Origin: an uncultured Nitrospiraceae bacterium
Lineage (GTDB): Bacteria; Nitrospirota; Nitrospiria; Nitrospirales; Nitrospiraceae
DNA length: 64,000 nucleotides
Direction: 5' to 3'
Assembly (NCBI GenBank): GCA_963706325.1
Contig: CAVPLT010000001.1
Coordinates: 1,152,001-1,216,000 of the forward strand
Shown: positions 32,291 through 43,247 of the stretch, piece by piece
Numbering within the stretch: position 1 is the stretch's first letter
Layout: every line of letters begins with the position of its first letter
The notes under the pieces: generated by a model
The model's input: only the letters and a program-made list of their open reading frames with translations
What the model was told of the DNA's origin: nothing
The model's database searches: none
Translations under genes and position numbers: made by a program

Positions 32291-33283
32291 ATGGCTGAAG
32301 TAAGCGGGATGTTATTGGTCGTTGTGATCCTGGCGCTGCTCTTCGATTTTTCCAATGGATGGCATGACAGCGCCAATGCCATCGCGACGGTCGTTTCGAC
32401 CAGGGTGGTGAGTCCATCTACGGCGGTGTTGGTAGCGGGTGTGCTGAACGTGGCCGGGGCGTTCATGTCGACGGCGGTGGCCAAGATGGTCGGAACCGGG
32501 ATTGTCGATCCGCAGTCGGTCACCCAGGTAGTGGTAGCGTCGGCGCTGGCCGGTGCGATCGCATGGAACTTGTTTACCTTGCTGTTGGGTCTTCCGACCA
32601 GTTCCTCCCATGCGCTCATCGGAGGGTTGGTCGGCGCCGCGCTCACTCACGGCGGGATGGCGACCGTCAAATTTTCAGGGCTGCGAGCCGTGTTGGAGGC
32701 AATGGTCTTGTCGCCATTTTTTGGCTTCGCCATCGGGCTTATCCTGATGATTGCTTTGAGTTGGATGTTCTTCCGTGTGCCGCGTGCCCTCGCACTCCGA
32801 CTGTTCTCTCGACTGCAACTGGTCTCGGCGAGTTTTATGGCCTTCAGCCACGGGGCGAACGATGCGCAGAAAGCCATGGGCATCATCACGCTGGCGCTCG
32901 TGTCGGCCGGCGTGCTGCCGACGGCGGAGGTGCCCACGTGGGTGATCGGTTCCTGCGCCCTCGCCATGGGGTTGGGCACGGCGGTAGGTGGTTGGCGGAT
33001 CGTCCGGACGCTGGGAATGCGGATCGTGAAATTGGAGCCGGTGCATGGATTTGCCGCTGAAACCGGAGCGGCGGTCGTGCTCTTGGCCACGGCGCACATC
33101 GGGCTTCCGGTCAGCACGACCCATACGATCACTTCCACAGTCATGGGTGTGGGGGCGGTGAAACGGCTGTCGGCGGTTCGGTGGGGTGTGACCCGGCGGA
33201 TACTGTCGGCCTGGCTCTTCACCTTGCCTGGGGCCGCGCTGCTTTCAACTATTTGTTATCTGCTCTTATCAAGGCTGCTGTAG
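32291..33283 (+). CDS. pit: Inorganic phosphate transporter (PiT family)
   Basis: NGWHDSANAIAT, GLPTSSSHALIG, HGANDAQK and PVSTTH. Confidence 0.93.
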   Translation: MAEVSGMLLVVVILALLFDFSNGWHDSANAIATVVSTRVVSPSTAVLVAGVLNVAGAFMSTAVAKMVGTGIVDPQSVTQVVVASALAGAIAWNLFTLLLGLPTSSSHALIGGLVGAALTHGGMATVKFSGLRAVLEAMVLSPFFGFAIGLILMIALSWMFFRVPRALALRLFSRLQLVSASFMAFSHGANDAQKAMGIITLALVSAGVLPTAEVPTWVIGSCALAMGLGTAVGGWRIVRTLGMRIVKLEPVHGFAAETGAAVVLLATAHIGLPVSTTHTITSTVMGVGAVKRLSAVRWGVTRRILSAWLFTLPGAALLSTICYLLLSRLL

Positions 33284-35108
33284 ATAATTCCTGCGGCGCC
33301 GGAAGTTGCACGACAAAGCGGCTGCCTCTGGGGGCATTCCCTTCGACCCACACGTGCCCGCTATGGGCTTCGACGATATGCTTCACAATGGCGAGGCCCA
33401 GGCCGGTTCCGCCGAGTTCTCGCGAGCGCGCCTTATCCACCCGATAGAATCGTTCGAACACGCGCGGTCGGTCTGCCTCAGGAATGCCGATCCCCGAGTC
33501 GGTCACCACAACCTCGATCATCGGGCGTTGCGCGATTGTTCGGCTCTGCGTGACAAATCGGATGCTGACCGAGATCTGCCCGTGATCCGGGGTATATTTT
33601 ACGGCGTTTTCCAAGAGATTGATGAATACTTGCACGAGGCGTTCCTCGTCCCCCTCGGCTATCACATACTCGTCAGGCAGCCACAGCTCGATCGTATGAT
33701 GCTTCTTGCCCGCCAGGGGCTTGATCACGGCCACTGTCCGTTCCAGCAAGGCGCGTAACTCGACCGGCTCGTGCCGGAACAACACCTGCCCGGATTCAAT
33801 TTGGGAGAGCTGCAGCAAGTCGTCCAGAATCAGATTGAGGCGGTTGCTCTGCCGCATGATGATTTCCAAAAACGCAGCCGCCGTGTCCGGTTCGTCCTTG
33901 CCTCCGTCCAGCAGCGCCTCCACGTAGCCCTTGATTGAGGTCAGGGGGGTGCGAAGTTCGTGCGAGACGTTCGCGACGAAATCTTTCCGGATCTTCTCCA
34001 AACGGCGAAGTTCTGTCATGTCGTGAAATACAAATACGGCGCAGGCTTCCAACTCGCGGCTCCCTCCGGCGATCGATGCTTCGACCCGCAGGCAGCGTCC
34101 ACTGGGTGACAGGGTGATTTCACCGCCCTGGCCCGAGCGGGTCTGCAGTACCGAGGCCACGATCGTGTTGAGTCCTTCGTGCCGGATGAGTTCCGCATAG
34201 TGGCGTCCTCGTGATTCCGTGAGCCCTAAGGCGAACATGCGTTCCAGCGCAGGATTCACCTGGACCACGGTACCTCGATAGTCCAGCACCATGACGCCCT
34301 CAACCATCGCGATCAACATGGCCAGAAGTTGCGCGCGGTCGTCGGAGACTTCTTTAATTTTCGTCTCCAACTGCTCGGTCATGTCATTGAGGGTGCGGGC
34401 GAGCAGGCCGACCTCGTCTGTCGATGAGACGACGAGGCGAACGCCGGGAGTTCCGCCGGCGAGCTGGCGGGCCGCCGCCGCCATTTCCGATAACGGTTTC
34501 GTAAGATTGCGCGAGACCCAGAGGCTGAGGGCCATCGCGATCAGAAAGGCCCCGCCGAAGGCTGCCGCCAAATCGCGCTGGATATGTTGGACGCGCTCTT
34601 CGATCGACGTGAGCGGCAATCCCAGTCTGATGACCGGAATGCCCGGTTGCAATGTCGCGAGGTCTGCCAGGAGGCGCGCGACATAATAGGTGCGTTCGCC
34701 GGTGGTGTGACTGGCTCGAATATCCATGCCGCCTCCCGTTGCCAATGCCTGTGTCACTTCAGGTCGGGAGAGATGATTGTCGACGGTGGCCAGTCCTTCG
34801 GGAGGGACGGCGCTGTCGGACAGCACGGTTCCATCTTGCCGGATAATGGTGATGCGCAGGCGGGCATGCTGACTCAGTTCACGGACCATTGCATGCAGCA
34901 CGGGTAAGGAGACGGTCAAGCCCGACTGATCGAACAGCGGCCTGAGTGACATGACGGCCAATCCACCGCGGGCATCCAGCGTGTCGGCGATGCGGTCGAG
35001 TTCCGTGCGTTCCACTGAGCGAATCACGAGCCAACCGGCGGCAAGGAGGCCGACGATGACGGCCGCGAGGGTGCCGAGGGCAACTTTCCACCGGATGCCT
35101 AGGTTCAT
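33249..35108 (-). CDS. phoR: Sensor histidine kinase, PhoR-like (HAMP-PAS-HisKA-HATPase)
   Basis: DFVANVSHELRTPLTSIKGYVE, NLLENAVKY and FERFYRVDKARSRELGGTGLGLAIVKH; adjacent to pit. Confidence 0.85.
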   Translation of the reverse strand: MNLGIRWKVALGTLAAVIVGLLAAGWLVIRSVERTELDRIADTLDARGGLAVMSLRPLFDQSGLTVSLPVLHAMVRELSQHARLRITIIRQDGTVLSDSAVPPEGLATVDNHLSRPEVTQALATGGGMDIRASHTTGERTYYVARLLADLATLQPGIPVIRLGLPLTSIEERVQHIQRDLAAAFGGAFLIAMALSLWVSRNLTKPLSEMAAAARQLAGGTPGVRLVVSSTDEVGLLARTLNDMTEQLETKIKEVSDDRAQLLAMLIAMVEGVMVLDYRGTVVQVNPALERMFALGLTESRGRHYAELIRHEGLNTIVASVLQTRSGQGGEITLSPSGRCLRVEASIAGGSRELEACAVFVFHDMTELRRLEKIRKDFVANVSHELRTPLTSIKGYVEALLDGGKDEPDTAAAFLEIIMRQSNRLNLILDDLLQLSQIESGQVLFRHEPVELRALLERTVAVIKPLAGKKHHTIELWLPDEYVIAEGDEERLVQVFINLLENAVKYTPDHGQISVSIRFVTQSRTIAQRPMIEVVVTDSGIGIPEADRPRVFERFYRVDKARSRELGGTGLGLAIVKHIVEAHSGHVWVEGNAPRGSRFVVQLPAPQELSTAALIRADNK

Positions 35109-35821
35109 GCCGGTATGTCGGCTTCGCGAAGTTTGTATCCGAGTGATTTGACCGAAATGATGGCGTCGTTCAAGAGCGGCAGTTTTTGTTTGAGCCGGCG
35201 CACGTGGACATCGACGGTGCGGGTCGTGCCGTAATAGTCATACCCCCAGGCGGCGTTGAGCAACACGTCGCGGGTGAGCACTCGGCCGATGTTGCGCAGG
35301 AGATGCTCCAACAGGCCGAATTCTTTGGCCGTGAGTGTGACTTCTTGCCCATCCAGCCGGACTTCATGTCGAGAGAGATCGACCAGTAGGGGGCCATACT
35401 GGTATTGCATCTTGGGGCTGTTTGCGCTTCGCTCCAATCGTCGGAGGAGGGCTTTAACGCGCGCGATCAACGCTTTGGGACTGAAGGGTTTGGTGACATA
35501 GTCGTCCGCCCCCAATTCGAGACCGATCACCGTATCGGACTCCTCTGCCTTGGCGGTCAACATAAGGATGGGGAGGAGCGCCGTATCTTGGTTCAGGCGG
35601 ATTCGTTTGCACACTTCCAGCCCGTCCATCTCCGGCAGCATCAGGTCGAGTATGATGAGATCGGGATGCTCGGCTTTGACCTGCCGGAGCCCCTCCGTCC
35701 CCGTCATCGCGGAGACGGTACGAAACCCTTCCTTTTCGAGGTAGAGTTTGATGAGTTGGAGAATATCTTTCTCATCTTCGACAATCAGAATCTTTTTGTA
35801 GTTCGGTGTGGGGGGTGACAT
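35105..35821 (-). CDS. phoB: OmpR-family response regulator, PhoB/PhoP-like
   Basis: ILIVEDE, LDLMLP, LTAK, GADDYVTKPF and RTVDVHVRRL. Start moved to MSPPTP; 4-bp overlap with phoR. Confidence 0.82.
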   Translation of the reverse strand: MSPPTPNYKKILIVEDEKDILQLIKLYLEKEGFRTVSAMTGTEGLRQVKAEHPDLIILDLMLPEMDGLEVCKRIRLNQDTALLPILMLTAKAEESDTVIGLELGADDYVTKPFSPKALIARVKALLRRLERSANSPKMQYQYGPLLVDLSRHEVRLDGQEVTLTAKEFGLLEHLLRNIGRVLTRDVLLNAAWGYDYYGTTRTVDVHVRRLKQKLPLLNDAIISVKSLGYKLREADIPA

Positions 35822-35994
35822 GGCGGGATTCTCCCACAACGGCTGAGCAGCCTCAAGCCCGCGACGAAGAGATGGGCGGGATCGAAACTGTTGACGACTA
35901 GGGCGAGTCTGACGTAAGGTGACCATGCACCCATACTCTAGCTCTCCCAGCAGGCCGTTCACGGCCCAGTAATCGTCAGAGGAAAATACAGATT

Positions 35995-36957
35995 ATGAAG
36001 ATATATTTAGCCAATCCTCGTGGCTTCTGCGCGGGTGTGGACCGCGCGATCGATATCGTCGATCTCTCACTCAAAAAATATGGGGCGCCGATTTATGTGC
36101 GCCATGAGATCGTACACAGCCGGCATGTGGTGAACTCGCTCAGACACAAGGGCGCCGTGTTCGTGGAAGAACTGAACGAAGTGCCGGAAGGATCCGTAGT
36201 GATTTTCAGCGCTCACGGCGTGGCGAAATCGGTGTGGGAAGAGGCGCAGAGCCGTCGCTTACACGTCATTGATGCCACGTGTCCGCTGGTCATCAAGGTT
36301 CACAACGAGGTCAATCGCGACTATACGCAGGGGTACGAATTGATTCTGATCGGTCATGCGGGGCACCCCGAGGTGATCGGGACGTTGGGGCAAATTCCGG
36401 ATAAATTCCATTTAGTGTCCTCGGTGCAGGATGTGGAGAAGCTGCATGTCGAAAAGACGCAGAACTTGTCCTATGTGACCCAGACCACGTTGAGCGTCGA
36501 TGAATGTCGAGACATCGTCGATGCCCTGCATCTGCGGTTCCCCAATATCAAAGGCCCGCATCAGGAAGATATCTGTTATGCCACCCAGAATCGCCAAAAC
36601 GCGGTTAAGTCGTTGTCGAAACTGGTTGACGTCATTCTCGTCATCGGATCGCCGAACAGTTCGAACTCCAATCGTCTTCGCGAACTGGGGGAACATTGCG
36701 GCATTCCGTCCTATCTCATTGACGCCGCATCGGACATCAATCCCGACTGGTTGAAGGATGCCAAGAGTGTAGGACTGTCGGCCGGAGCCTCTGCCCCGGA
36801 AGTCCTGGTCACCGAGGTGGTCGCGTATCTGAAGCGCCTCGGGTCCTCCGAAGAAGTTGAGGAGCTGACCGTGATCGAGGAAGATGTCGAGTTTCTCCTT
36901 CCGAAAGAACTGGTCACGATAGAATCGGCCAATCGTGCCTCGGTCTCGGCGAACTAG
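35995..36957 (+). CDS. ispH: 4-hydroxy-3-methylbut-2-enyl diphosphate reductase
   Basis: [40 protein letters not shown] and SSNSNRL. Confidence 0.97.
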   Translation: MKIYLANPRGFCAGVDRAIDIVDLSLKKYGAPIYVRHEIVHSRHVVNSLRHKGAVFVEELNEVPEGSVVIFSAHGVAKSVWEEAQSRRLHVIDATCPLVIKVHNEVNRDYTQGYELILIGHAGHPEVIGTLGQIPDKFHLVSSVQDVEKLHVEKTQNLSYVTQTTLSVDECRDIVDALHLRFPNIKGPHQEDICYATQNRQNAVKSLSKLVDVILVIGSPNSSNSNRLRELGEHCGIPSYLIDAASDINPDWLKDAKSVGLSAGASAPEVLVTEVVAYLKRLGSSEEVEELTVIEEDVEFLLPKELVTIESANRASVSAN

Positions 36958-37004
36958 GTTCGCCGAGCGCCGTTCCTCCTCCAGGCGAATCATTTCCAAG
37001 TCTC

Positions 37005-37052
37005 CATCCATATATTGTGGGAAGCTGAGTAACCTTCCCCCATATCGGGTAT
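37005..37052. promoter_or_regulatory. Candidate tandem NrdR boxes upstream of smc
   Basis: catCcATATATTGTGg (37005-37020) fits acaCwAtATaTwGtgt; a weaker copy, cccCcATATcggGTat, starts 32 bp later. Confidence 0.55.
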
Positions 37053-37146
37053 TTTTCTTTGCTTTGCTTTTATCCCTGTGATAGAAGATCTGCGTTTTAT
37101 CCCTAAAAATCCGTCCCATCTAACCTTCTTGCTCTGGAGGTAGCCG

Positions 37147-40100
37147 GTGTATCTGAAGTCATTGGAAATGCTCGGCTTCAAATCGTTCGCAGAGGCGAAA
37201 ATTCAATTCCCGAAGGGGATAACGGCCATCGTGGGTCCGAACGGCAGCGGCAAGAGCAATGTCGTGGATTCGATCCTCTGGGTGCTGGGCGAGCAAAGTA
37301 CCAAAACGCTTCGGAGCGAGCGCATGGAAGATGTCATTTTCAACGGCACCGAGGTGCGGAAACCGTTGGGACTGGTGGAGGTCTCGCTGGTCATCGGCGG
37401 TCTCGGCGAGTTGCGGTTGGATGCGATTTCGGGGTTGCCGAGTCAGCTCAGCGAGTACCAAGAACTCATGATTACCCGCCGGCTTTACCGAAACGGCGAC
37501 AGTGAATATTTGATCAATAAGACGGTCTGCAGGCTCAAGGATATTCGAAATGTCTTGATCGAAACCCGGGCTGGATCGAAAGGTCATACCGTGATCGAGC
37601 AGGGCCGGATCGAGCAGATTTTGCAAGCCTCGCCGCAGGACCGTCGTGAATTGATCGAAGAAACCGCCGGCATCGTTCGATACAAGAAGCAAAAGGCTGA
37701 GGCCTTACGCAAGCTCGAGTCGACGCAGCAGAATATGTTGCGCGTGCGCGACATCGTGGCAGAGGTGAAGAAGCAGCTCAACTCGCTTGAGCGTCAGGCC
37801 CGTCAAGCGCGCTCCTACCAAACCTTGCACCAGGAAGCCCGGGGCCTCGAGATTGAACTCCTCTCCCGCGACTTTCGCGCGATGCGCGCAGACCTTGAGA
37901 CTGTCGATCGAGAAGCGCGTGAGGTCGAATCGCAGGAAGCCGAACAGGTCGCTGAACAAGCCCGCATGGATTCGGAACAGGAGGCCATCAGGCTCCGAAT
38001 GAACGACGCGGCGGAGGGGATTTCCCGTGTTCGCGAAAGCTTAGCCGGCACTGAACAACGGCAATCGCAAGCGCTGACGGCGGCGGAAGTCGAACGGAAT
38101 CGCACGGAATTGTTTGAGCGGCAACGCGCCCAGGCCGCGCAAGAAATGGCTCGGCTGGAATCGGACCAAGAACAGGCGCGGACAGAGATTGAAGAGCTTC
38201 GCGCGATGTTGCTGCAGCTGGAGGGCGACATCGTCGAGCAGGAGGCGCAGTTTCAGCAGCTGGACGTCGAGACAAAAGCGCTGGCCGGACAGCGCGCGGC
38301 AGCGGTGGAGGAAGAAGAACGCGCCCGGCGCGATGTGCTGAATCTCGCCGTGCTCGTGGCCAATACGGAGCAGAGCCTCACGCAGCTGACTGCCCGGCAG
38401 CAGGAAACGGCCGTCCGGTCGGAGCGGGTTTCACGTGAGCGAGAGGTCCTGGTTCAGCAGGTCAGCGCGTTGGATGAACAGCAGCATCTTCTCATCGCGC
38501 AGCGCGAAGAGGCCGGTCAACGTATCCAGGATCTCATGGCCGAACGCCAGGCCGCGATTGAACGTATTGAGGGACTGGGTACGCAGATCGTCGGATTGGA
38601 TCGCGATATCGTCCGGCTGTCGGAAGAGGTTGCCGGAGTGGAATCGCGACTTGGCGCCTTGCAGGGCGTGGTGCGCGAAGAAATGGGATACGGACGAGAA
38701 GGCGAGGAAGAAGGAACCGCGCTAAAAACCTGTGAGGGAGTTCGGGAGGCATTGGCAGAATGGCTGGTCATTCCGCCCGGGCTGGATCGGGCCGTCGAAA
38801 CAATCCTCGGCGAGCGGGTGCGGGGCTGGTTGGTCGAGGAGCCGATGGCCGCGTCCCGCGCGGTGGAGTTTTTGAAAGGGCAGCAGTTGGGTCGCGGGGC
38901 CTTCATTCCCCAGCAATTGCGATGGTCGCCTGACGCGTCGGCCGAGCCCTCGGCCGTCTGGTGGCCGGCCATCAGTGGGCAGCCGGGAGTGGTGGGCCGT
39001 GCGACCGACCTGATTCATGCCGAGGGGAACTCCGCGCCTACTCTGGGATATCTTTTCGACGGCATTGTGGTTGTGGAATCGTTGGCCGTGGCGCTGGATC
39101 TCTGGGAGCGGCATCAGTGGTCCGCTCCAATGGGTCCGACATGCGTGACCCTATCCGGCGAGACGTTGGATGCCGCCGGCGTGATTATCGGTGGAGGAAG
39201 CGGTGGCGGCGGCGGTTTGCTTCAGCGTCGTCGTGAAGTGTTGGAGCTCGAGGCGCGCCGGACAGAGGCCGGGCAGGTACTGGAACAAACAAGGGCTGCG
39301 CGGGACGAAGCAGCTGCCGAGTTAGGGTTTGCGCGTGAGGACGAACAGCGCCTTGCCAGGTCCATTCGTGAGGCGGAGATGTTGGAGTTGTCGCTGCAGA
39401 AGGACGATGCCGGGGTCGAACGCCAGCGTGGTGAACTGCATCGACGGATGGAGGTCTTGGGCGAAGAGCTTCAGCGGGGGCTGGCCGAACAAGCACGGCT
39501 TCAAGACCAACTCCAGTCCAGCCAGGCGCAACTCGACCAATGGATGTCTGAGAAGGCCGGACAGGAAGCGGGTTTGCTTGAAATAAGGGACCGAGTGAGT
39601 GCCATTGAACGAGAAAGCATGGCGGTGCAGCAACGGTTGACCGAAGTCCGATTGTCGTTGGAGAGTATCCGCGGGCGTCGGGACCATGGCACGAGCGATA
39701 TTGCGCGGTTTACCCAACGCCTCGACGCGGCCCAGCAGCGGGCTCTCGATCTGGAAGAGCAAGTCGCCGGGTTGGTCCAGGCTATCGAGGCCAGCCGGGA
39801 GGAACAGACACGGCAGGAAACTCTGTGCCGTGAATTGGGGGGCGAGGTGGACGGGATCAAGGTAGAGTTGGTGTCCGCCCAGGAGGCCCAGGCGCAGGAA
39901 ATGGCAGGGTTGCATGCGGTGGAGGAGTCCCTCACCGCAGTGCGGCAGAGCTTGTCTGCCTTGCACGATCGGCGGATGACGGCGGAGGTGCGCAAGGCGG
40001 AGGTGAAGACGCATCTCTCGACGATCGAGAGCACGCTCACTGGCACCTATCAAATCGATCCGGCCTCGGTGCTTGCGCCAGTCGATGAGCCCCCCGCGCA

Positions 40101-40824
40101 GAATGGGGAGGCGCCGCCTGTTTCGGTCTCGATTCTTGAGACGCCGCAATTGCGGGAGCAGATTCAGAAAATCCGTGAGCGGTTGGAACGGATGGGCGCG
40201 ATCAACTTAGCGGCGATCGACGAGCATCGAGAATTGGAAGAACGATATCAGTTTTTGACGACGCAAGAGCAGGATCTTTCCACCTCAATCGCCTCGCTCA
40301 AGGAAATCATTCACCGAATCAACCGGACGACCAAGGATATGTTCGTCGAGACCTTCAACGAACTGCAGCAGAAGTTCAGGGACGTCTTCGCGCAGTTCTT
40401 CCCCGGTGGGCGCGCCGAGTTGCAATTAGTCGAGGAGCCGCTGGAAGAAGGCGTGGAGGACAACGGGGCGCGTGAGCCCGGCGTTGAGATCGTCGCGCAG
40501 CCGCCTGGAAAGCGGCTGAAAAGCATTACCATGTTGTCCGGAGGAGAGAAGACACTCACCGCGATGGCGTTGTTAATCGCCAGCTTCCTGATTCGTCCAA
40601 CTCCCTTCTGCATTCTGGACGAAATCGATGCGCCGTTAGACGAGGAAAATATCGGGCGATTCACGGCGGTCTTGCGCGGGCTTTCGGCGACGGCGCAATT
40701 TCTCGTGATCACTCACAACAAGCGGACCATGGCGATGGCGGATTCCTTGTTTGGCGTGACGATGGAAGAGCCTGGCGTATCGATGTTGATTTCCGTCAAA
40801 CTGGGCGATCTGCAGCCGGCCTAG
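37147..40824 (+). CDS. smc: Chromosome segregation protein SMC
   Basis: GFKSF, Walker [10 protein letters not shown], long coiled coils with a hinge, LSGGEK and [13 protein letters not shown] start after GGAGG. Confidence 0.97.
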   Translation: MYLKSLEMLGFKSFAEAKIQFPKGITAIVGPNGSGKSNVVDSILWVLGEQSTKTLRSERMEDVIFNGTEVRKPLGLVEVSLVIGGLGELRLDAISGLPSQLSEYQELMITRRLYRNGDSEYLINKTVCRLKDIRNVLIETRAGSKGHTVIEQGRIEQILQASPQDRRELIEETAGIVRYKKQKAEALRKLESTQQNMLRVRDIVAEVKKQLNSLERQARQARSYQTLHQEARGLEIELLSRDFRAMRADLETVDREAREVESQEAEQVAEQARMDSEQEAIRLRMNDAAEGISRVRESLAGTEQRQSQALTAAEVERNRTELFERQRAQAAQEMARLESDQEQARTEIEELRAMLLQLEGDIVEQEAQFQQLDVETKALAGQRAAAVEEEERARRDVLNLAVLVANTEQSLTQLTARQQETAVRSERVSREREVLVQQVSALDEQQHLLIAQREEAGQRIQDLMAERQAAIERIEGLGTQIVGLDRDIVRLSEEVAGVESRLGALQGVVREEMGYGREGEEEGTALKTCEGVREALAEWLVIPPGLDRAVETILGERVRGWLVEEPMAASRAVEFLKGQQLGRGAFIPQQLRWSPDASAEPSAVWWPAISGQPGVVGRATDLIHAEGNSAPTLGYLFDGIVVVESLAVALDLWERHQWSAPMGPTCVTLSGETLDAAGVIIGGGSGGGGGLLQRRREVLELEARRTEAGQVLEQTRAARDEAAAELGFAREDEQRLARSIREAEMLELSLQKDDAGVERQRGELHRRMEVLGEELQRGLAEQARLQDQLQSSQAQLDQWMSEKAGQEAGLLEIRDRVSAIERESMAVQQRLTEVRLSLESIRGRRDHGTSDIARFTQRLDAAQQRALDLEEQVAGLVQAIEASREEQTRQETLCRELGGEVDGIKVELVSAQEAQAQEMAGLHAVEESLTAVRQSLSALHDRRMTAEVRKAEVKTHLSTIESTLTGTYQIDPASVLAPVDEPPAQNGEAPPVSVSILETPQLREQIQKIRERLERMGAINLAAIDEHRELEERYQFLTTQEQDLSTSIASLKEIIHRINRTTKDMFVETFNELQQKFRDVFAQFFPGGRAELQLVEEPLEEGVEDNGAREPGVEIVAQPPGKRLKSITMLSGGEKTLTAMALLIASFLIRPTPFCILDEIDAPLDEENIGRFTAVLRGLSATAQFLVITHNKRTMAMADSLFGVTMEEPGVSMLISVKLGDLQPA

Positions 40825-41015
40825 GACCTGCGAAAAGACGGTCGCGCTTGTGGTAGGGGGGACTCCCATTCCCTTGACGGGTCCCGATGAGTTTGTTATA
40901 CAGTTCTGCTAACGATAATGAGTAGTACTGTGCGGTTTCATGTGAACACCATCTATTGATGGAACCATCTCGACTATCTATCCCGCCGTCATTTTCAGAT
41001 TCACGGCAGCACGTT

Positions 41016-43193
41016 ATGCGACTTTTGAAGAACTTGTTCAATCGTCTGTCCGACGGTCTATTGGTCACGGTGCCGAGCCGGATCAGGGCGGCGCGGGAGT
41101 TCGCTTCTGCGCCTGTGCTTCGACTCGTCTCCAATAAGCCCGTCGCGTCGACTGCCGGCGACAGTGCAACGAAGCGGGCGCCTTCCCACTCGACCGGCCA
41201 ACTTGAGGCCCTTGAAGAAGCGCTCCGCAAAAGCCAGGCTTGGTTTCTTGCGCGACAGGATGTTTCAGAAGGCTATTGGGTCGCGGAGTTAGAGGCCGAT
41301 ACGACCCTCACGTCAGAATACTTAATGTTGCGCCACTTCATGAGTTGCGTCGATCCCGAGCGCGAGCGTAAAGCGGTCTGCTATCTAAAATCCGCGCAGC
41401 TACCCGGCGGCGGGTGGCCCATTTACCACGGCGGCCCCCCGGATATCAGCGCATCCGTGAAGGCCTACTTCGCGCTCAAACTGTCCGGTGTGCCGGCTGA
41501 CGAACCCTGCATGGTGACCGCCAAAGCTTGTATTCTCGATAAGGGCGGCGTCGTAGCAGCGAATGTGTTCACCAAAATCGCGTTGGCGTTGTTTGGCCAA
41601 TATGATTGGCGTGGCATCCCCAGCATGCCCCCGGAAATCATGTTGCTGCCCAAACGGTTCTATTTCAGCATCTATGCGATTTCCTATTGGTCGCGAGCGG
41701 TGCTGATTCCCCTGTTGATCATTTTCGCGAAGCGGCCGCTGTGCCGCATTCCTCGTGAACAGGGCATCGAAGAACTGTATACGGAAGCGCCCGCGCAGAT
41801 CGACTATGGCACGGTTCCTCCTTTCAAGAAGGATCGAACATGGTTTACGGCCCGAAACTTTTTCATCAATCTGGATGGGCTTCTCAAAGTCTATGACCGT
41901 TCGCCGGTCGAATGGGTTCGGCAGAAGGCTCTTCAGTGTGCTGCCGCTTGGATGCTCGATCACATGAAGGGGAGCGGAGGCCTCGGCGCGATTTATCCCG
42001 CCATGGCGAATTCTGTGATGGCGTTGCATTGCCTGGGCTACCAGAATGATGATTCTCTCGTCGTGAAAGCGATGCAGGAGATCGAGGATTTGGAAGTACA
42101 CGACCGCGTGTACGTGAATGGGCAATGTGTCGATGCGATGCACTTACAACCTTGTCACTCTCCCATCTGGGACACGGCGCTGCTCATCAATGCCTTGTCG
42201 GAAGCCGGCATGCCACAGGATCATCCAGCTTTGCAAAAGGCGGCGACCTGGCTGCTGTCGAAACAAACGAAGACGGTTGCAGATTGGATTATTTCCTCTC
42301 CGGGCGCAGAGCCTGGTGGATGGTATTTTCAGTTTGAAAACGAACAGTATCCGGACGTCGACGATTCCGCCGTGGTGCTCATGGCCTTGGCGAAAGTCCG
42401 GCTTCCCGACGAGGAGCAGCAACGTGCGGCGATCCGCCGAGGTTGTCGGTGGGTTGTCTCCATGCAAGGTTCCGACGGGGGGTGGGGCGCCTACGATGTC
42501 GACAACAACAAGATCGTGTTCAATTATATTCCCTTTGCGGATCATCGAGCCCTGCTGGACCCGAGTACGGCCGATTTGGCCGGGCGCTGTCTCGAAATGC
42601 TCGCGACCCTCGGCTACGACTGGACCCATCCTTCTGTCGCCTCGGCGCTGGCCTTCGTCAAGGAGGATCAGGAGCAGGATGGAAGTTGGTATGGCCGGTG
42701 GGGAGTGAATTACATTTACGGTACCTGGTCGGTCCTCTCCGGTCTGCGCGCCATCGGAGAAGACGTGTCGTCTCCATACATTCGCCGCGCCGTGAATTGG
42801 GTAGAATCGAAACAGAACCCCGATGGCGGATGGGGTGAGTCCTGTCTATCCTACGCGAATGTGTCGCAGAGCGGCCACGGCGAAAGCACCCCGTCACAAA
42901 CGGCATGGGCTCTGCTGGCTCTCATGATGGGCGGTGTTACGGACTCATTTAGTCTGGCTCGGGGCATCCATTACCTGATCAGAAACCAGCGGAAGGATGG
43001 GTCATGGGAAGAGGTGCGCCATACGGGGACTGGATTCCCACGCGTGTTCTATCTTCGCTACCATTGGTATTGCCAATATTTTCCCCTCTGGGCTCTGGCC
43101 ATGTACCGCAATCTCAAGACTCGTGGAATCACGCGGGCAGATGAATTGCGAGAGCAGGCCTATCGAGCAGGACAGTTTCGGTCCCCACGCTGA
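41016..43193 (+). CDS. shc: Squalene-hopene cyclase (HpnF)
   Basis: QW repeats (QLPGGGW, QGSDGGW, QEQDGSWYGRWG, QNPDGGWGE, QRKDGSW), SPIWDTA, catalytic DVDDSA and GTGFP. Start is uncertain (40956-41016). Confidence 0.95.
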   Translation: MRLLKNLFNRLSDGLLVTVPSRIRAAREFASAPVLRLVSNKPVASTAGDSATKRAPSHSTGQLEALEEALRKSQAWFLARQDVSEGYWVAELEADTTLTSEYLMLRHFMSCVDPERERKAVCYLKSAQLPGGGWPIYHGGPPDISASVKAYFALKLSGVPADEPCMVTAKACILDKGGVVAANVFTKIALALFGQYDWRGIPSMPPEIMLLPKRFYFSIYAISYWSRAVLIPLLIIFAKRPLCRIPREQGIEELYTEAPAQIDYGTVPPFKKDRTWFTARNFFINLDGLLKVYDRSPVEWVRQKALQCAAAWMLDHMKGSGGLGAIYPAMANSVMALHCLGYQNDDSLVVKAMQEIEDLEVHDRVYVNGQCVDAMHLQPCHSPIWDTALLINALSEAGMPQDHPALQKAATWLLSKQTKTVADWIISSPGAEPGGWYFQFENEQYPDVDDSAVVLMALAKVRLPDEEQQRAAIRRGCRWVVSMQGSDGGWGAYDVDNNKIVFNYIPFADHRALLDPSTADLAGRCLEMLATLGYDWTHPSVASALAFVKEDQEQDGSWYGRWGVNYIYGTWSVLSGLRAIGEDVSSPYIRRAVNWVESKQNPDGGWGESCLSYANVSQSGHGESTPSQTAWALLALMMGGVTDSFSLARGIHYLIRNQRKDGSWEEVRHTGTGFPRVFYLRYHWYCQYFPLWALAMYRNLKTRGITRADELREQAYRAGQFRSPR

Positions 43194-43247
43194 CGCGGTG
43201 GGCGCATCCCTGCCAACCTTTCTCACCATCTGCGATCGGGAGCACGC

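Noticed and set aside
35880..35930. Pho box upstream of phoB
   Set aside because: The GTCA half-sites on the minus strand are 10 nt apart rather than 11, and the flanks match poorly.
39190..39215. GGC/GGT-rich run in smc as a possible simple repeat
   Set aside because: It encodes the Gly-rich hinge motif (GGGSGGGGG) normal for SMC.
40874..40904. Sigma70 promoter for shc (TTGACG-17 nt-TATACA)
   Set aside because: Plausible, but the -10 lacks the conserved final T, so it was too weak to list as a feature.
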